Below are positions 48,001 through 60,835 of a stretch of DNA of 64,000 bases, one piece after another. Position numbers and translations under genes: made by a program. The stretch comes from Balanoglossus misakiensis (lineage: Eukaryota; Animalia; Hemichordata). The notes below the pieces were generated by a model. The model saw nothing but the letters and a program-made list of their open reading frames with translations, was not told the DNA's origin and searched no databases. How positions within the stretch are numbered: position 1 is the stretch's first letter; each line of letters starts with the position of its first letter. The DNA lies in assembly GCA_040954595.2 (NCBI GenBank), contig CM082595.2, forward strand, positions 10,219,918 through 10,283,917, in the 5' to 3' direction.

Positions 48001-51000
48001 CAGAAGGGCAAATACAGACAAAACTTTCAAATTTTGGGTTAGATTTATAGAGGAAGATTTGTTTGCATACATGTCTTTGTACATTGCAATAAGGTCAGGA
48101 AATTGGAACCTTCGAATATCGGCTTTGAAAAAAATGAACCAACTGTTCCATGCATATGACCGATCCCTGTACTTGAGGTTAATTCCCAGACACCTTGCTG
48201 ACCTTCTGAAGATGCCAAACTCTCTGTTGTGACATTTCAAAGCAGGTGGTTTTGTTTGCAATTTGTCAGGCTCAACTTGGGTTAATGTAGCACTAGATGA
48301 AGCCCATGAAATGTGCGTCAATAAAGATGTTAAAGCTGCATTGCATACTTCTACAGGTGGGTTAATGGAGAGAATAGCAATTTATTTACCCTATAGAGCT
48401 ATGGCTGCCAAGAATCTAAAAGATCAGTTATTTTCTTTCTAAAATGAAACCCATAATTCAGTTAGTGTACATAAAATACATGAGTCAAACTGCAGGTTGT
48501 ATATCAATTGTCTTGAAGGTGCTGAGTATTTTCACCACTTAATACCGCCAGGGAGCTAACTAATATATTTTCAGATGACACAGCAAAGAATAGCGTCAAG
48601 GACACTGTGGTCCCATTTGAGGATTATGCGGAAACAGTGACACACCAGAATAAAAATTACAGGTGACATTGCAAGCATATATGATCTTACGATATAGAAA
48701 TATGGAATGTAAAAAAAATTGACCAAAAATTGTCTGTACAAACACATATGAGAAGCAACTTCTTTCAGTCAGCTCTGAAACAGACAGACAGACAGACACA
48801 CACACTGACCTGCCACTAGTAATAAACAATTTAATAGCCCATGGTCTCTCTAACAGCTGGCTTATTGAAGTTATGTAAACATGTCTCAGTTGGGGGTAAC
48901 AACTCCTTGTAAACAGTAACTTTCAAAACAACTGGACAATTGGTTTAGGAGAAAAAACTCGCTAAATATTGAATATTTGTGATATCAGAATTGAATAAAA
49001 GTTGCACATATACATGTATGTGTTATGAAATTATATCCTAAATTTCAAAGCAATCAGAGAAAAAACAAATTTCAAAGCAATCAACAAGCAGTTTCACAAA
49101 AAAATATTTGTTCAAAAGTGGCAAAAACACAAAATTGTACAATACCTTACTTCAACCACTACAAGGAACATGCTGCCAAAGTTCAATGCAATATGACAAG
49201 CAGTTTCAGGAAAACAATTTTTGACAAAAATTGCAAAAGTTTCCCCGATAACACATTTATGAAAATATCACATTTTTTACAACATATTATTTGGGTTACA
49301 CCTACGAACATGCCTACCAAATTGCAAAGCAATCCGGCATGCGGTTTTACAGAAAAAAAAATTGACCAAAAATGGCAAATATTGCTCAAAATTATAAATA
49401 TGCAAATTTTACAACAATTTGAACACAACTATGGTTACTCAGACAACAATTGGGAAGCTTCATACTAAATTTAAAAGAAGTAAGCCCATCACTTTCAGAA
49501 ATGAAGACTTTTTACCAATAACATGGAAAAATACAAACAAATGCATAAAAAATAGGAAATCAATAATATTAGCTCAAAACATACATTAATTGTAGGCCAA
49601 ACAAGAGAAAACTAGTGAACTTCTTGTCAGCCACATCTTTAAAAATAATTGTACCGGCTCTGCAAGGTGATCATGTCCTCATTACAGCAGGTGGCTTTGA
49701 TTGGGAAAATAGGGACAAGAGTCTTTTCGTCGGTAGTAATGGAATTGTGTCTGAGTGGGAAGCCAAAAGTTGTCATGAAGAAGCTGACAGTAGATGCATC
49801 CTTCATGCAGTTCAGTCCTCTTACAAGAAAGGTGTTATTTACTCCCCTGATACCGATACTTATCATGTTCTCCTCCCAGTACTATATCAACATGTTCAAA
49901 AGGAGATATTTGTACAACTGGATAATGATTTATCCAATCTCACTTATTTAGACATGAATCAATTCAAATCAGATTTAAATTTAGACCCTTATTTGCAACA
50001 TATTCCCCTCCAATATGTAGGCAAAATATTTCAAACAGTGTTCATATGCACAGGTTGTGACTATACTTTGCAGGCATCGGAAAGATATCTTTCTACAAGA
50101 CATTTTTTCAATACCCTGAGTTTATAACTAGTGGCACCCTTATACCTGGAACACAACAGTAGACAGTGTAGGGAATGGAATTTTCACTTTCATACGTTTA
50201 AAAGGTAGTGTTTATGTTAAGAAACATTTCCAAGCATTTGATGCATCTCATCTTTTTGAACTTTATCGACAAGTAGCCAGTGTCACTAACAGTCTTAAAG
50301 ATAACCACATCAAATGGCTTACATATATATGAGAAACAATTTGGCCACGTATCCAGTATGAGGAAGAATGTATCCCTTCCTTTGAAGCCCTACAACTGCA
50401 CTGGAAAAGATCATGCTGGGTCTCTCAGTAATGGTCCCAGGCCGATCAGTGCCATGTTACGTTTCCCTTATTCAATAATTATGGATACAGACTAAGCAAC
50501 GGCGAACTTGATATTATTTGGGACAGTGATGCCAATTTAGAAAAAGTGAAAAATAATTTGGAGTTGCTAACAAAAGGGTGTGGCTGCAAAAAGATGCCAA
50601 CTTGTAATAGCAGATGTTGTAAATGTTATAAGACCCACAATGGTTGTGGCCCTGCGTGTCAATGCAATGACTCCAGTAATCCACATAATGGGAACCCTGG
50701 ATTCTGTACCACATCGAAAAAGTATGGGGTATGCCCAAAATATACAGATAAGTCACCACTATTAGAATCACCATCACCAATCACTGATACTGAACATCAT
50801 TATATGGAAAATAGCATTGATGCAATTTTACAGGAGGAGTCACATGAATTTGACATTTTAAGAGAAGAAGAGGGAAATATTTACGAGACTGATTCTGACT
50901 TTGACGAACTGACTGATGAATATAACTGGACGGAAGAAAAACAAACTGATAATTCAAAGAATGGTGATTGTGATTCCAATGATGGTGACTGTGATGACAT

Positions 51001-51059
51001 TTAATGAATCATCAATGAAATTGATTGGTCTTTTGTGGGTTGCAGCCCTATTGTGGTTT

Positions 51060-51900
51060 CAGTCATACCTTTCCAATCGCACCCTGTGTGTATGTGTTAA
51101 TTTCAGACATGGTTACTGTAACCGTGTTCCAAACAATCACCATTTTATCCGCTTGACACTGGGGTAACACAGGGATCAGTTCTTTGTCCTATACTTTTTA
51201 ATATGTACACTTCTCCATTAGGTGAATTAGTTTCTAGTCATGGATGCCTGTACATAGCTTTTATGCAGATGGCTCTTCATTGTCTTTTACCAAGAAGAAT
51301 GCTCCCAGAATGCTCTCAAATCTAGAACATTGTATTTCCGATGTCGGTACTGAATGTCTGAAAATGTCTTGTGTTTAAATAACGATAAGACTGAATTTGT
51401 TATTTTTTCTGCTACTTCGGGTAATCTATCTGCCAGAGGGATTACAGAAATGCATGTGATGCTCTGAAACCTGTTCATTGTCTGACAATGATTGCACAGA
51501 TCTGCCATTCAGTCGCTTTTCATTTGCAGCATATTGCACTTGTCTGTAAATATTTATCTCAAGCCGCCACAGAGCAATAAAGTTCCTTCTTTTGTTGCAT
51601 TTTGAATAGATTCATGTAATTCACTTTTATTTGGGCTCCCTAAGTACTAGATCAGCCGTATTCAAGTTCAAAATATTGCTGCTAGTTCCAAAATCACCTT
51701 TTACATCAATGCAATTTCAGTTGCATTGGTTACCTGTGTCTGATCGTATTGTTTTCAAGATTTTATTTCTTATTTTTGAATTCATTCATAGACTTGGACC
51801 ATCATATCTGTCTGATATGATCAAATTGTATGTTCCAAATCGAAACTTGGAGTCAGCTGATCAGCTCAAACTCTGTCCTGTTCAGCCCAATGCAATGATG
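51060..51900 (+). mobile_element. Degenerate L2/CR1-clade LINE reverse transcriptase fragment
   Basis: GVTQGSVLCPILFNMYT, FYAD, LNNDKTEF, LHWLPVSDRIVFKIL, PSYLSD; many frameshifts. Confidence 0.8.
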
Positions 51901-53658
51901 ACAACAAAAATTGCTTGCCTTCAGACACAAATATTTATTGCATATATTATCAGTGAATAAAGGGAAATGGTTTTGAAGTTACAGTTGGCATTTTGCATTC
52001 TCGAAATGTCTACTAATATCCCAGGCCACGATAAAGAGAAAAAAAATACACCAGCTGAGCTCCTCACACGTACGTAGTCATGTATGGTAAACCTGGCATT
52101 CTGTCCATATGGGACCTACATTTGTAGGCGATAGATCGATGTTGTATTGAAATCAGGCTAGTAATTAAGTTAAAACTTGGCTAATACGTTACCTTAGGGT
52201 GTTATACATTATCCAGTAACTGTTTTACTTAAGAATTGCCTTTCAAAAGCTGTTTTCCCCACGGTAAACGTATCGTTTCACGATCAACGCAACACTTCTG
52301 TATTTACAAGGCTAACATGGAGCCGGAGAGGTCAACATATACTTCCGGGTCATATCGTTGAACGACATCGATTATTTTTAAGCGGACTGTTACACAAGCA
52401 TTTCGAATTAATTTCTTTTCATGGATGTCGGGACCGATATTAGACCTCTCTGTCAGGAAAGTTTGGTTAACTTCCGAGGTCGTTTTCAAATGCTTTTTGA
52501 CACGTTTATGGACGTCTCTTTCGGGGTCACCAACATACCACTGAAAACACGTTAAAAACTTCTACTATTACCGACAGATTTTCATAAAATTTACGTCTGC
52601 AGTGAAAAATGGGAATCACTTTCGTAATTTATCCAGCTAACATGGTATTTTATTGCACAACAGAGCATAAAAATCAAGTTGAAAATCACCTTGAAAATTG
52701 GCCTATTGCAGTCTGTTTGAAAGTTAACGGTCGCTCGCTTGATGAACTTTCATATGCAAATGAGCACCGTGCGATCTGACTGTGTATATGTACTCCGTGT
52801 AGACTGAATGGGACCACTGTGTCCTTGACGCAATTTTTTACACTTATCAGGTATATGTTGACTAACACAAGCAAAAATATCACCAACTCATCTGAGAAAT
52901 CTTATCCCAGGTCCTAAGGTTGTGAGATTAATAGAATCTCACACTCCCAAGGACTAGGGGTCATAATTCTGACATGAGTTGGGGATTTTCTGTCCCACAC
53001 GAGCTGCAGGCGAATGTGGGACAAAATATCCCTGACAAGTGTGGGAAATATGATCCTAGGTCCTTTGTGTATGAGATTATATTTCTCACACGGGCACAAA
53101 TTAGCCAAATTCGTCTTAAAACATTGAATAAATGACTCTTGAGTTGTCATCTGGCATGTTGTAGTTTCTTTATCCTGTCATTGGATAACATTTAGCGCAC
53201 GTTATTAAAAATCGCTTTGTCATCCAATCAGCGCTCGCGTCATATACAGCTTTCGATTCAGTGAGTGTGTGGGATTGATTTGTTCTAAAACTCTGATCCT
53301 ACACTCTCAGCATGCCAGGAGTGTGAGAATCTATATAATTAAGATCTACGAGTTTGAAATTTTAGGTGAAGAGTTTATCAATTTCTTTGCCAACCCTGTA
53401 GGGCATTCTGGGATATGTGTTCATGCCAAAGCACAAACAGTTATGACCTGACAGCTCAGTTTTTACATCATTTCTACAAATCCACAAAGAAACTGAAAGT
53501 TTAGAAAAGTCAGGCCTGTTAGAAATATTAGAAATATCACTGTTAATACTTAATTTCAAAGCCATGTGAATTTGTTCAATTTAAGAAAATTTTAAAGGAA
53601 GGGAGGATAGGTATTGACTTGAATAATTACAATGGATGTTTTTGTTTTCTATTTTCAG

Positions 53659-53778
53659 ATGTGAATGAGTGTTCAGATTCTGTTTGTGCTGGAGGTTGTC
53701 ACAATGCAGAGGGTGGATTCAGCTGTAGTTGTGGTGATGATGGTTTTTCTCTGAGTGCAGACCATGTCAATTGTTCAG
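53659..53778 (+). pseudogene. Calcium-binding EGF exon 3 (copy 2)
   Basis: Duplicate of 30298-30417, open frame, AG/GT intact. Confidence 0.88.
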
Positions 53779-55569
53779 GTAAGTTTTTTTTGAGTGGGGA
53801 GGGTATAGGCTAACAATGGCTTTGCATTTCCTGCCACAAAAGGGTGCTTACAGAAGTTGTAAGTTGCAGAGATTACAGCCAGTCACCATGTTAAAAAAGA
53901 AAATAATTTAAAGTTATCAGGCACTTTCCATAGTTAGAAATTAAAAATATAGCGTCAAGGACACTTGGTGCTCTCTCAGTGTGTAGTGGATGACGAGCAG
54001 AATGTTTGGAGAACAGTGCAAACACCACAGTGAAATGCTGAACTGATTTGCTCATGTAAAATTGAATGCAGCCTGATAACGTAGGTGCTTGACAGGGGGA
54101 AAAACCACTTGTCCTGGGCTCTAATAACTGTTTTAAATTAAGTCTTAAAAATGGCCTGCACTCACAAATGGCCTCACACAAATATATTGTCATTTCCCTC
54201 TCAGATTCTGTATATTATGTTATACTGATGGAATTCATTGTGTATGTCGTATCAAATTGCACCAGTGTGAGCTATGAGAAATGTGTTTTGAAAAAAAAAC
54301 AGTGCTTAGAAGTACTAGTCTAAAAGTGAAAGAAATACATTTGGAAAAAAAATATCAGACAGCATTCAAGATCAGCTGAAGTGTTTTGATAAAATTTCTC
54401 CATATTCAAGTATATACTTTCATGTGCTGACTATAGTAGTGTAGGTGGTAGCAAAAAAAATACATGAATTGTTCAAACAGAAAGTTCAATCATTTAGTTT
54501 CCCCAGTTTATGGGTGCATAGCAGTTGTGAACATAGTATATGAAATAAATTAAAATAGTCATTGCTCTCTGGTCCATCATTTTCGGTAGAAGTGACCTGA
54601 TTTCACATCAATAGTTTCCCACCCATCATTTCCAGCTAATTTCATGTAGAACAAAACTCCTATACAACATAATAACATTTCTAGAACCTTTTTTTGATGG
54701 TTGGGCCCACAGACTAACACTAGTGGTTCTAAAAAGAAACTTCCATAACAACCTGTACGCTTGACGCATTCAAGTCAGGGCACACCTAACCCATTCAAAA
54801 TATGCAAATTAGAAAAAGACGCATATGCATTATTTGTGCCTCCAGAGACACACACAGGAAATCAAGCGAGTGTGGCCACTAGCTGAAAGAGCTGAATTCA
54901 ATGGATTGCCTTACAATGTTCATGATACAAGGGGGTGATGATCAATGAACAGAACAGCGGTCCACTTTCACGCATTGTAGTGCACTGATCATGGCAAGTT
55001 GATCATGTCAAAACAAACGACGATGTTAGATAGCAGTGCTTCGCAAGTTTGACTAATTTGTATGAAAATTGTCTCGCCAAACTTTTTTCTCGCGGGTAGC
55101 AAAAACACTGCTGGCTAATCCGTTCCGATTTCTGTCCCTGTTCCAATTCTTCCGCAACACCTCAAAGCTACACACCACCGCCAAAAACATAAAGCTAGAA
55201 AATGGTATGAATTCTTGACGGATGGAAGTAGTTTGACAGACGGTAGTAGCTCATACCCAACTTGACAGACTCCTCTGTTTACACTTCGGAGCCAAAAAAA
55301 AACGAGTTTGTTGTCTCGTGCATGATATTTTTGGCTTTCAAACACTACCTTGTTAAATTTAATGTGGTTACTACATTGTTTGTTTATCAGTATACAGTAC
55401 TGGTACAGATAAACATATGTAATGACCAAGTTATATGCCAGATGATATTTATTAAGTTTCACACAATTTTGCTCTCTTGTCGTATATTTTCAAATGTGTA
55501 CTCAAAGAAAACTGTAATTCACATGTATTCATTCTAATACATTTTATGATATTTGTGTTTTCCCCGCAG

Positions 55570-55681
55570 ATGACAATGAGTGCGATCAAGCTGGTTTGTC
55601 ACCATGCCAACAAGTAGGTTGCAACACACCAACCAGTTACCAGAGTGTGGTTGCAGACCAGGATTCAACATACATGCGTTT
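55570..55681 (+). pseudogene. Calcium-binding EGF exon 4, frameshifted (copy 2)
   Basis: Duplicate of 32953-33064 with the same frameshift. Confidence 0.75.
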
Positions 55682-56279
55682 GTGAGTATCTACAATTTGG
55701 AGAGAAAGTAAGATGTATGGGTTTGTACTTAGTGTCTTATACATGTATATGTGACACTGAAATCATATATTGTACAATCAGTCATTGGTAAATGTCTGCT
55801 ATTCATGACACAGATCAACATACAGTCAAACCTGTTAGTGGCCACCTTTAAGGTATACTTTAGAGGAACAAAGTCTCTCTCTCGCTGCCTTTTATCCATT
55901 AACTATGTTTGATACTAGACACCGTTTATGTCATGTGGATATATAGTGAATCAACGTTCGACCACACACACCTTCCATCCCATTTGAAGCATATGAGAGT
56001 AAAAATCTCGCCAAAATGAATAAACGGTAAACACCAATTATTCAATTTGGTGACTTTTTCACTCTAGTGTCTGCAAGTGGGATGGAAGTTGTGTGTGGTT
56101 GAACGTTGATTCACTATATATCCACATGTAGAATAACATAAACAGTGTCTTGTATCAAACATAATTTATGGAAAAGGCAGCAAGAGAGAGACTTTGTCCC
56201 ATTTCACCCAAGTTCTCTCTTTAGAGGTCGTACATTCCATAGGAAACAATGCGTTTGGACTGAACCATGGCTTTGAAAG

Positions 56280-57400
56280 GGTTTTGCATTGACAGGATTG
56301 TGATCAGAGAGTTCCAAGCAGTCTACAGAGACACTCTTGATGTTAGACGCAGAGTTAGATACAATGAGATCAAGAGTATGACCCTTTCTGTGTGTTGGTT
56401 GTTGGACCCATTGTTTCAGATTACAGGCGCTGATGATTCCATTGAATTTCTGTGTTACTGGATTCTTATCATCTTCTAGGTGAATATTGAAATCTCCTAC
56501 GATGAAGAGATTACTTGAGCAGGTGACATACTTCTCAAGTGTTGTACTGAACTCTTCCATGAACTGTGGTGCAGTGAACTTATTCTTAACTGATGGTGGT
56601 GGACGGAAGACAAGAATTATTTTCATGGAAAGTTTCTGGTGAAGAATAGTTGCTTCCGCTGCCTCAAAAGATTTAAACCCCGGTGCGGCGTATAAAAGAC
56701 CCCCCAAATCAGTGGCGAATCTTAATGCCGTTTGCCTGACAACAGACAACACCAACGATCTTGGCTCTGTGAAAATCGGCCCAAACAGGTCCAAGCATAA
56801 AGAATTACACCACACAACGACAGTAGTTGGCTTTATAAACACACACAACATACAGTTATCGACGAAAAAGTACACGAGCTTATGAAACAACGATGATTTT
56901 GGGAGAAATCTGGTTTCAGTGCTTTTCAGAAGCGTCCCTGGGAAACAATAACCACGCCATTGAAACAGTTGTCAATCGCGTGGAAGTGTGAAGTGTTCAA
57001 TTATTTTCTGTGTACATGAGAGCCATTACACAGTCATTATGCACGACGACCACTCCCAAATAAACAACTATACAAACACACGTTAATCCGAACCCCAGGA
57101 CTTTCCGCACTGGGGTTTAACAGAGAGAATAGGCTTCCAAGCTGTTAATTTTAGTGCTAGCTTATGAATTTAAGCTAAGCCTCCACCGATCTTGCCAACC
57201 CCAGGTAGATGTTTGACAGCATAGCCTGGTGGTGTGCATTCAGCCATTACGTGTTCGTCACCAGATTCCTTCAACCATGTTTCAGTGAGTACAAGAATAT
57301 CAATGTCTTTATCTGTGATGTAGTCTGCAATGTCTAATGATTTGCATCCAGCTGAGCGGACATTCCATGTAGAGAGTAGAAGTTCACACGTATTGTGGAT
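56280..57400 (-). mobile_element. L2/CR1-clade LINE apurinic endonuclease fragment, split by a MITE
   Basis: WNVRS, LTETWL, GGGLA, FRPP, GDFNIH, PTHRKGHTLDL and SDH motifs in order. Confidence 0.88.
56677..57116. mobile_element. TTAA-specific MITE (Kolobok/piggyBac-like)
   Basis: TTAA-ACCCCGGTGCGG...CCGCACTGGGGT-TTAA; removal restores ILSVKSFEA of the LINE endonuclease. Confidence 0.75.
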
Positions 57401-58254
57401 AGGATGGATCTTGAATAAGATGTAGTCACTCTTCAATAGATATTTAGTGACTCGCTAACTGTTGCGATTCGTGTGTGTGTAATTTACGTACTTCAAGTTA
57501 AATATCGCAACTAGCCATAATGTTTGACTAGGGGGAGCACCTATACTAATGCGAGAACCAGGGATTGAAAGTTGCACCTGTGTTTTGATCCCTTAGTTAC
57601 CCTTATAAGTACATTTGTTGTTCAATAACCATAGTTCTATTGCAAACCGTTCTTTTCGTAGTTTCTTATTTCAAATATTGTAATCTGAATTTATTTTGGT
57701 GTTTAACAGGTGTGATTATCTGTATTGGCGGCCATTTTGAAAATAATTGGTTGCCATGGAAACTCTTTAACAGATATTTAGTGACTCGCTATCTGAATTT
57801 GTTCAGTACACATTAACACACATCTGAGCCAAGTTTGGTGCTTTTATCACAAAATACACAATCAATATGAAAATTTGGGTTTTGGTGCTCCACTACATAA
57901 GTAACATTAAAGATGTACGTTCAGTAAAATTGAAAGTATTGTCATTTTTTTTAATTGTGGATTTTTTTATTCTCCTTTGTATGTATAATAAAAATCCGTA
58001 ATTAAATATAGGGGTCACTGGGCTTGTTTTTGAAATACAGAGCCATGAATTTGGTCGATAATAGAAGAAATCTGCTGACTCAGCATTTTTCACCAGCGGT
58101 TTGTCTATGGGCAAAATTCTTAACGCAATTTATCTCAAAAAAGAGCACGGTGACCCCTATATTTTATTTGACCAATGAATTTATATTTGCTGGACTGAGC
58201 TATGTGTAAAATTTCGTTAAAATGACAATAGTAGAAGTTTGTTTTCTGGCGATT

Positions 58255-59057
58255 ATTATATATAATTCCCCCGTATTTCGAACGAGTGTGCCTGCGTCGC
58301 GGACGAGTGATTCCCCGTATAGCGGCCGTATCCCTCCGAGCCATTCTATACTGGGAATCGAGAGTTCGCGACGCAGGTACACGAGTGAGGAATACGGGGG
58401 AATTATATGTTTATCACATACATAGATCCGCTAATTTTGATTTTCAAATAAATCTCTTTGTGGTTGCGATAAAATTTGTAACTATTTTGTGCAAAATTGA
58501 AGATCGATGTTATGCGGTCTATCTGTCAGGTGACTCAGGTCACGACCTGGACGATTCTGGTTTTGGCGAGGACCCGTCTGTCGTGCGTCAGCAGGATTTC
58601 ATCGTCCGTCAAGGTTTCACTGGAGCAGGAAACCTTTCTTATGCCTTTTGCTTCATGACTAGACCGTTTTGCTCTAATCGTCGCATCAAAATTTTTGCGA
58701 ATACTCAGTTTTGTACCTGTTGCTCGTTCGACAACGCGACGACATTGGCTCAGCACTGACGACCTTGCGATAGTTTTGGTGCCGGTTGGTGCGATAAAAA
58801 TGTACACAGGTAAAACTAATCGTCGATCGTCCATATTTACACATACGAAACATTTTATTTATCTTTGATTATTTTTAAAATCGAAATAAAACCAACAATT
58901 GCACTGAATTTTGTCGCCCTAAGAGGACTTTGTTTACAAGTTTAAAATAGTTCCGTTTGGTGACGTCAGAGGGATGGGTATTACAATAACGCTTGGTGCA
59001 AATTTACCTACGTCTGACGTCATACTATGGTATATGCAGAGCTATGTATGTGATAAT
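58255..59057 (+). mobile_element. Hairpin-headed (Crypton-like) element, family 5
   Basis: Hairpin ATATAATTCCCCCGTATT...AATACGGGGGAATTATAT, then TTATCACATACATAG matched by the terminal CTATGTATGTGATAA. Confidence 0.65.
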
Positions 59058-59521
59058 CAATGTAATCCTATGGGAAAAAGACCGGGCGCACAGTGTTTCC
59101 AGTTTATGTTCTGCGCGTACATCCTTGATGAAGTTTGCTGGCTAGAGGGCTCCTAAACCTCCCTAATATTTAACGTCTTCACTCCTACAGGACTGCGCAG
59201 TTGGAAGTTACAGTTCAGCATGTTCTGAAGCATGCACGCTGTGTCCAAGGGTTTCATGTGTGGAACAGCCAGCCTCTCATCACCAACACAATGCGGACAG
59301 GGATATTTTGCCAACAATGGAAGTATAGACTGTACGCCTTGTCCTGCCCTGGGTATAAGTGCCAATATGATGGTATGTCGGAGCCAGAGGTCTGTGAAGA
59401 TGGATACTACACTAATATAGAGGGTGAGTCAGCACTTAAAGTTTGGGCATTACTGTGTAATCTTTCACTTAAGGCAGACGATCATCTTATGTGCATGTGC
59501 GTAATTCTGTGCGTACAAACA

Positions 59522-60835
59522 TATGGGGTGCCATGTGTTAACTTATTATTTAGCTAAATTATTTGTTCAAAAGTCGTTATTTAACATACTTATATGTATG
59601 TAATTATAGATTTGCAAACCATTTAAGTCCTGACAATTTATTTATAAATAATTTCAAGTCGATTCAATTATATACATAAAATGTATTTTTATGCTCTTTT
59701 ATTTATATATAATAAATTATTTATAAACAATGTCAGTGTCAGTCTATTATATATATATCATGAGTGATGTACATAATTATTTATATATAATTAATAATTT
59801 ATAAATAAAAAAAAATTTAAGTGTATTATATATATATCATGAGTGATTTATAAATAATTTAAGTGCAAGTCTATTATATATATATCATGAGTGATTTACA
59901 TTATATAATGAATTATATATAAATAAGTGATTTCTAAACCATGAAAAAATGCACTCGCGCCGTTTGTCAACTTATTATTTAACGCAAACTCATTATTTAA
60001 CGCAAACTCATTATTTAAGGCCTGTTCACACAACCCCTTGCATTTGGATCATTACGCACACATATAGTCCCCACACGTGAACAAGAAATGCACATTACGT
60101 GTGGTCATTTCATTTTTATTATACTCCTTTCAAAGGTTAGATGAAACACCGAAAAAGGTATCAACTAGTTAGTGATTTTAGCCCGTGATTGCAATGTTTG
60201 ATTGAAACGCAAAAAGCTGATCGATAGCTCTACATTGTGGTCTCTGAGGTCAAAGGTTGGCCGGTCATGGCGGTACCATTATTAAAATAGGGGCCAGTCA
60301 TCAAAACGTAAGTGAGCCAAAAAACTACAGGTCAGATAAATTGTTTTCTCGTAAATTCAACATTAGAATCAAATTTGGCGTTGGAAACAAACGGCGGGTC
60401 GCCAGTTCCTGGTCTGGAGGCTGGTAGAGTCACGTCTTGAAGACTGGCCCCTATTTTAATAATGGCATTGTCATGACCGGCCAACCTTTGACCTCGGAGA
60501 CCACAATGTAGAGCTATCGATCAGCTTTTTATAATACACTTAAATTTTTTTGTTTATAAATAATTAATTAAATATAAATAATTATGTACATCACTCATGA
60601 TATATATATAATAGACTGACACTGACATTGTTTATAAATAATTTATTATATATAAATAAAAGAGCATAAAATACATTTTATGTATATAATTGAATTGACT
60701 TGAAATTATTTATAAATAAATTGTCAGGACTTAAATGGTTTGCAAATCTATAATTACATACATATAAGTATGTTAAATAATGACTTTTGAACAAATAATT
60801 TAGCTAAATAATAAGTTAACACATGGCACCCCATA
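59522..60835. mobile_element. IS3EU-like foldback element
   Basis: TATGGGGTGCC...GGCACCCCATA termini, ~310-bp AT-rich TIRs, 6-bp TSD CAAACA; inner ~100-bp inverted repeat at 60211-60530. Confidence 0.8.

Larger units (their letters stand above)
41178..52160 (+). mobile_element. Decayed OTU-Academ transposon, copy 2 (retains acidic C-terminus and candidate right end)
   Basis: Same motifs as copy 1; ORF 50546-51004 ends in an acidic tail; candidate terminus TGAAATCAGGCTA at 52160; OTU motif mutated to GGGRC. Confidence 0.78.
34504..55840 (+). repeat. Large direct duplication, copy 2
   Basis: Colinear with 3885-33223; lacks ~5531-9738, the BEL element and two smaller DNA-transposon insertions; retains segments deleted from copy 1. 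Confidence 0.95.

Noticed and set aside
34501-52160. TAGCCTGAT at 34501 pairing with ATCAGGCTA at 52160, suggesting a giant gene-capturing transposon
   Set aside because: Only 9 bp, flanks give no TSD, copy 1 lacks the TAG start, and the duplication extends 3.7 kb beyond 52160
56204-56890. 228-aa ORF as a standalone gene
   Set aside because: It is a chimera of MITE sequence read into a LINE endonuclease fragment
57529-57895. Possible additional Academ-like MITE (TAGGGGGAGCACC / GGTGCTCCACTA)
   Set aside because: Short imperfect TIR with no matching TSD; too weak to list as a feature
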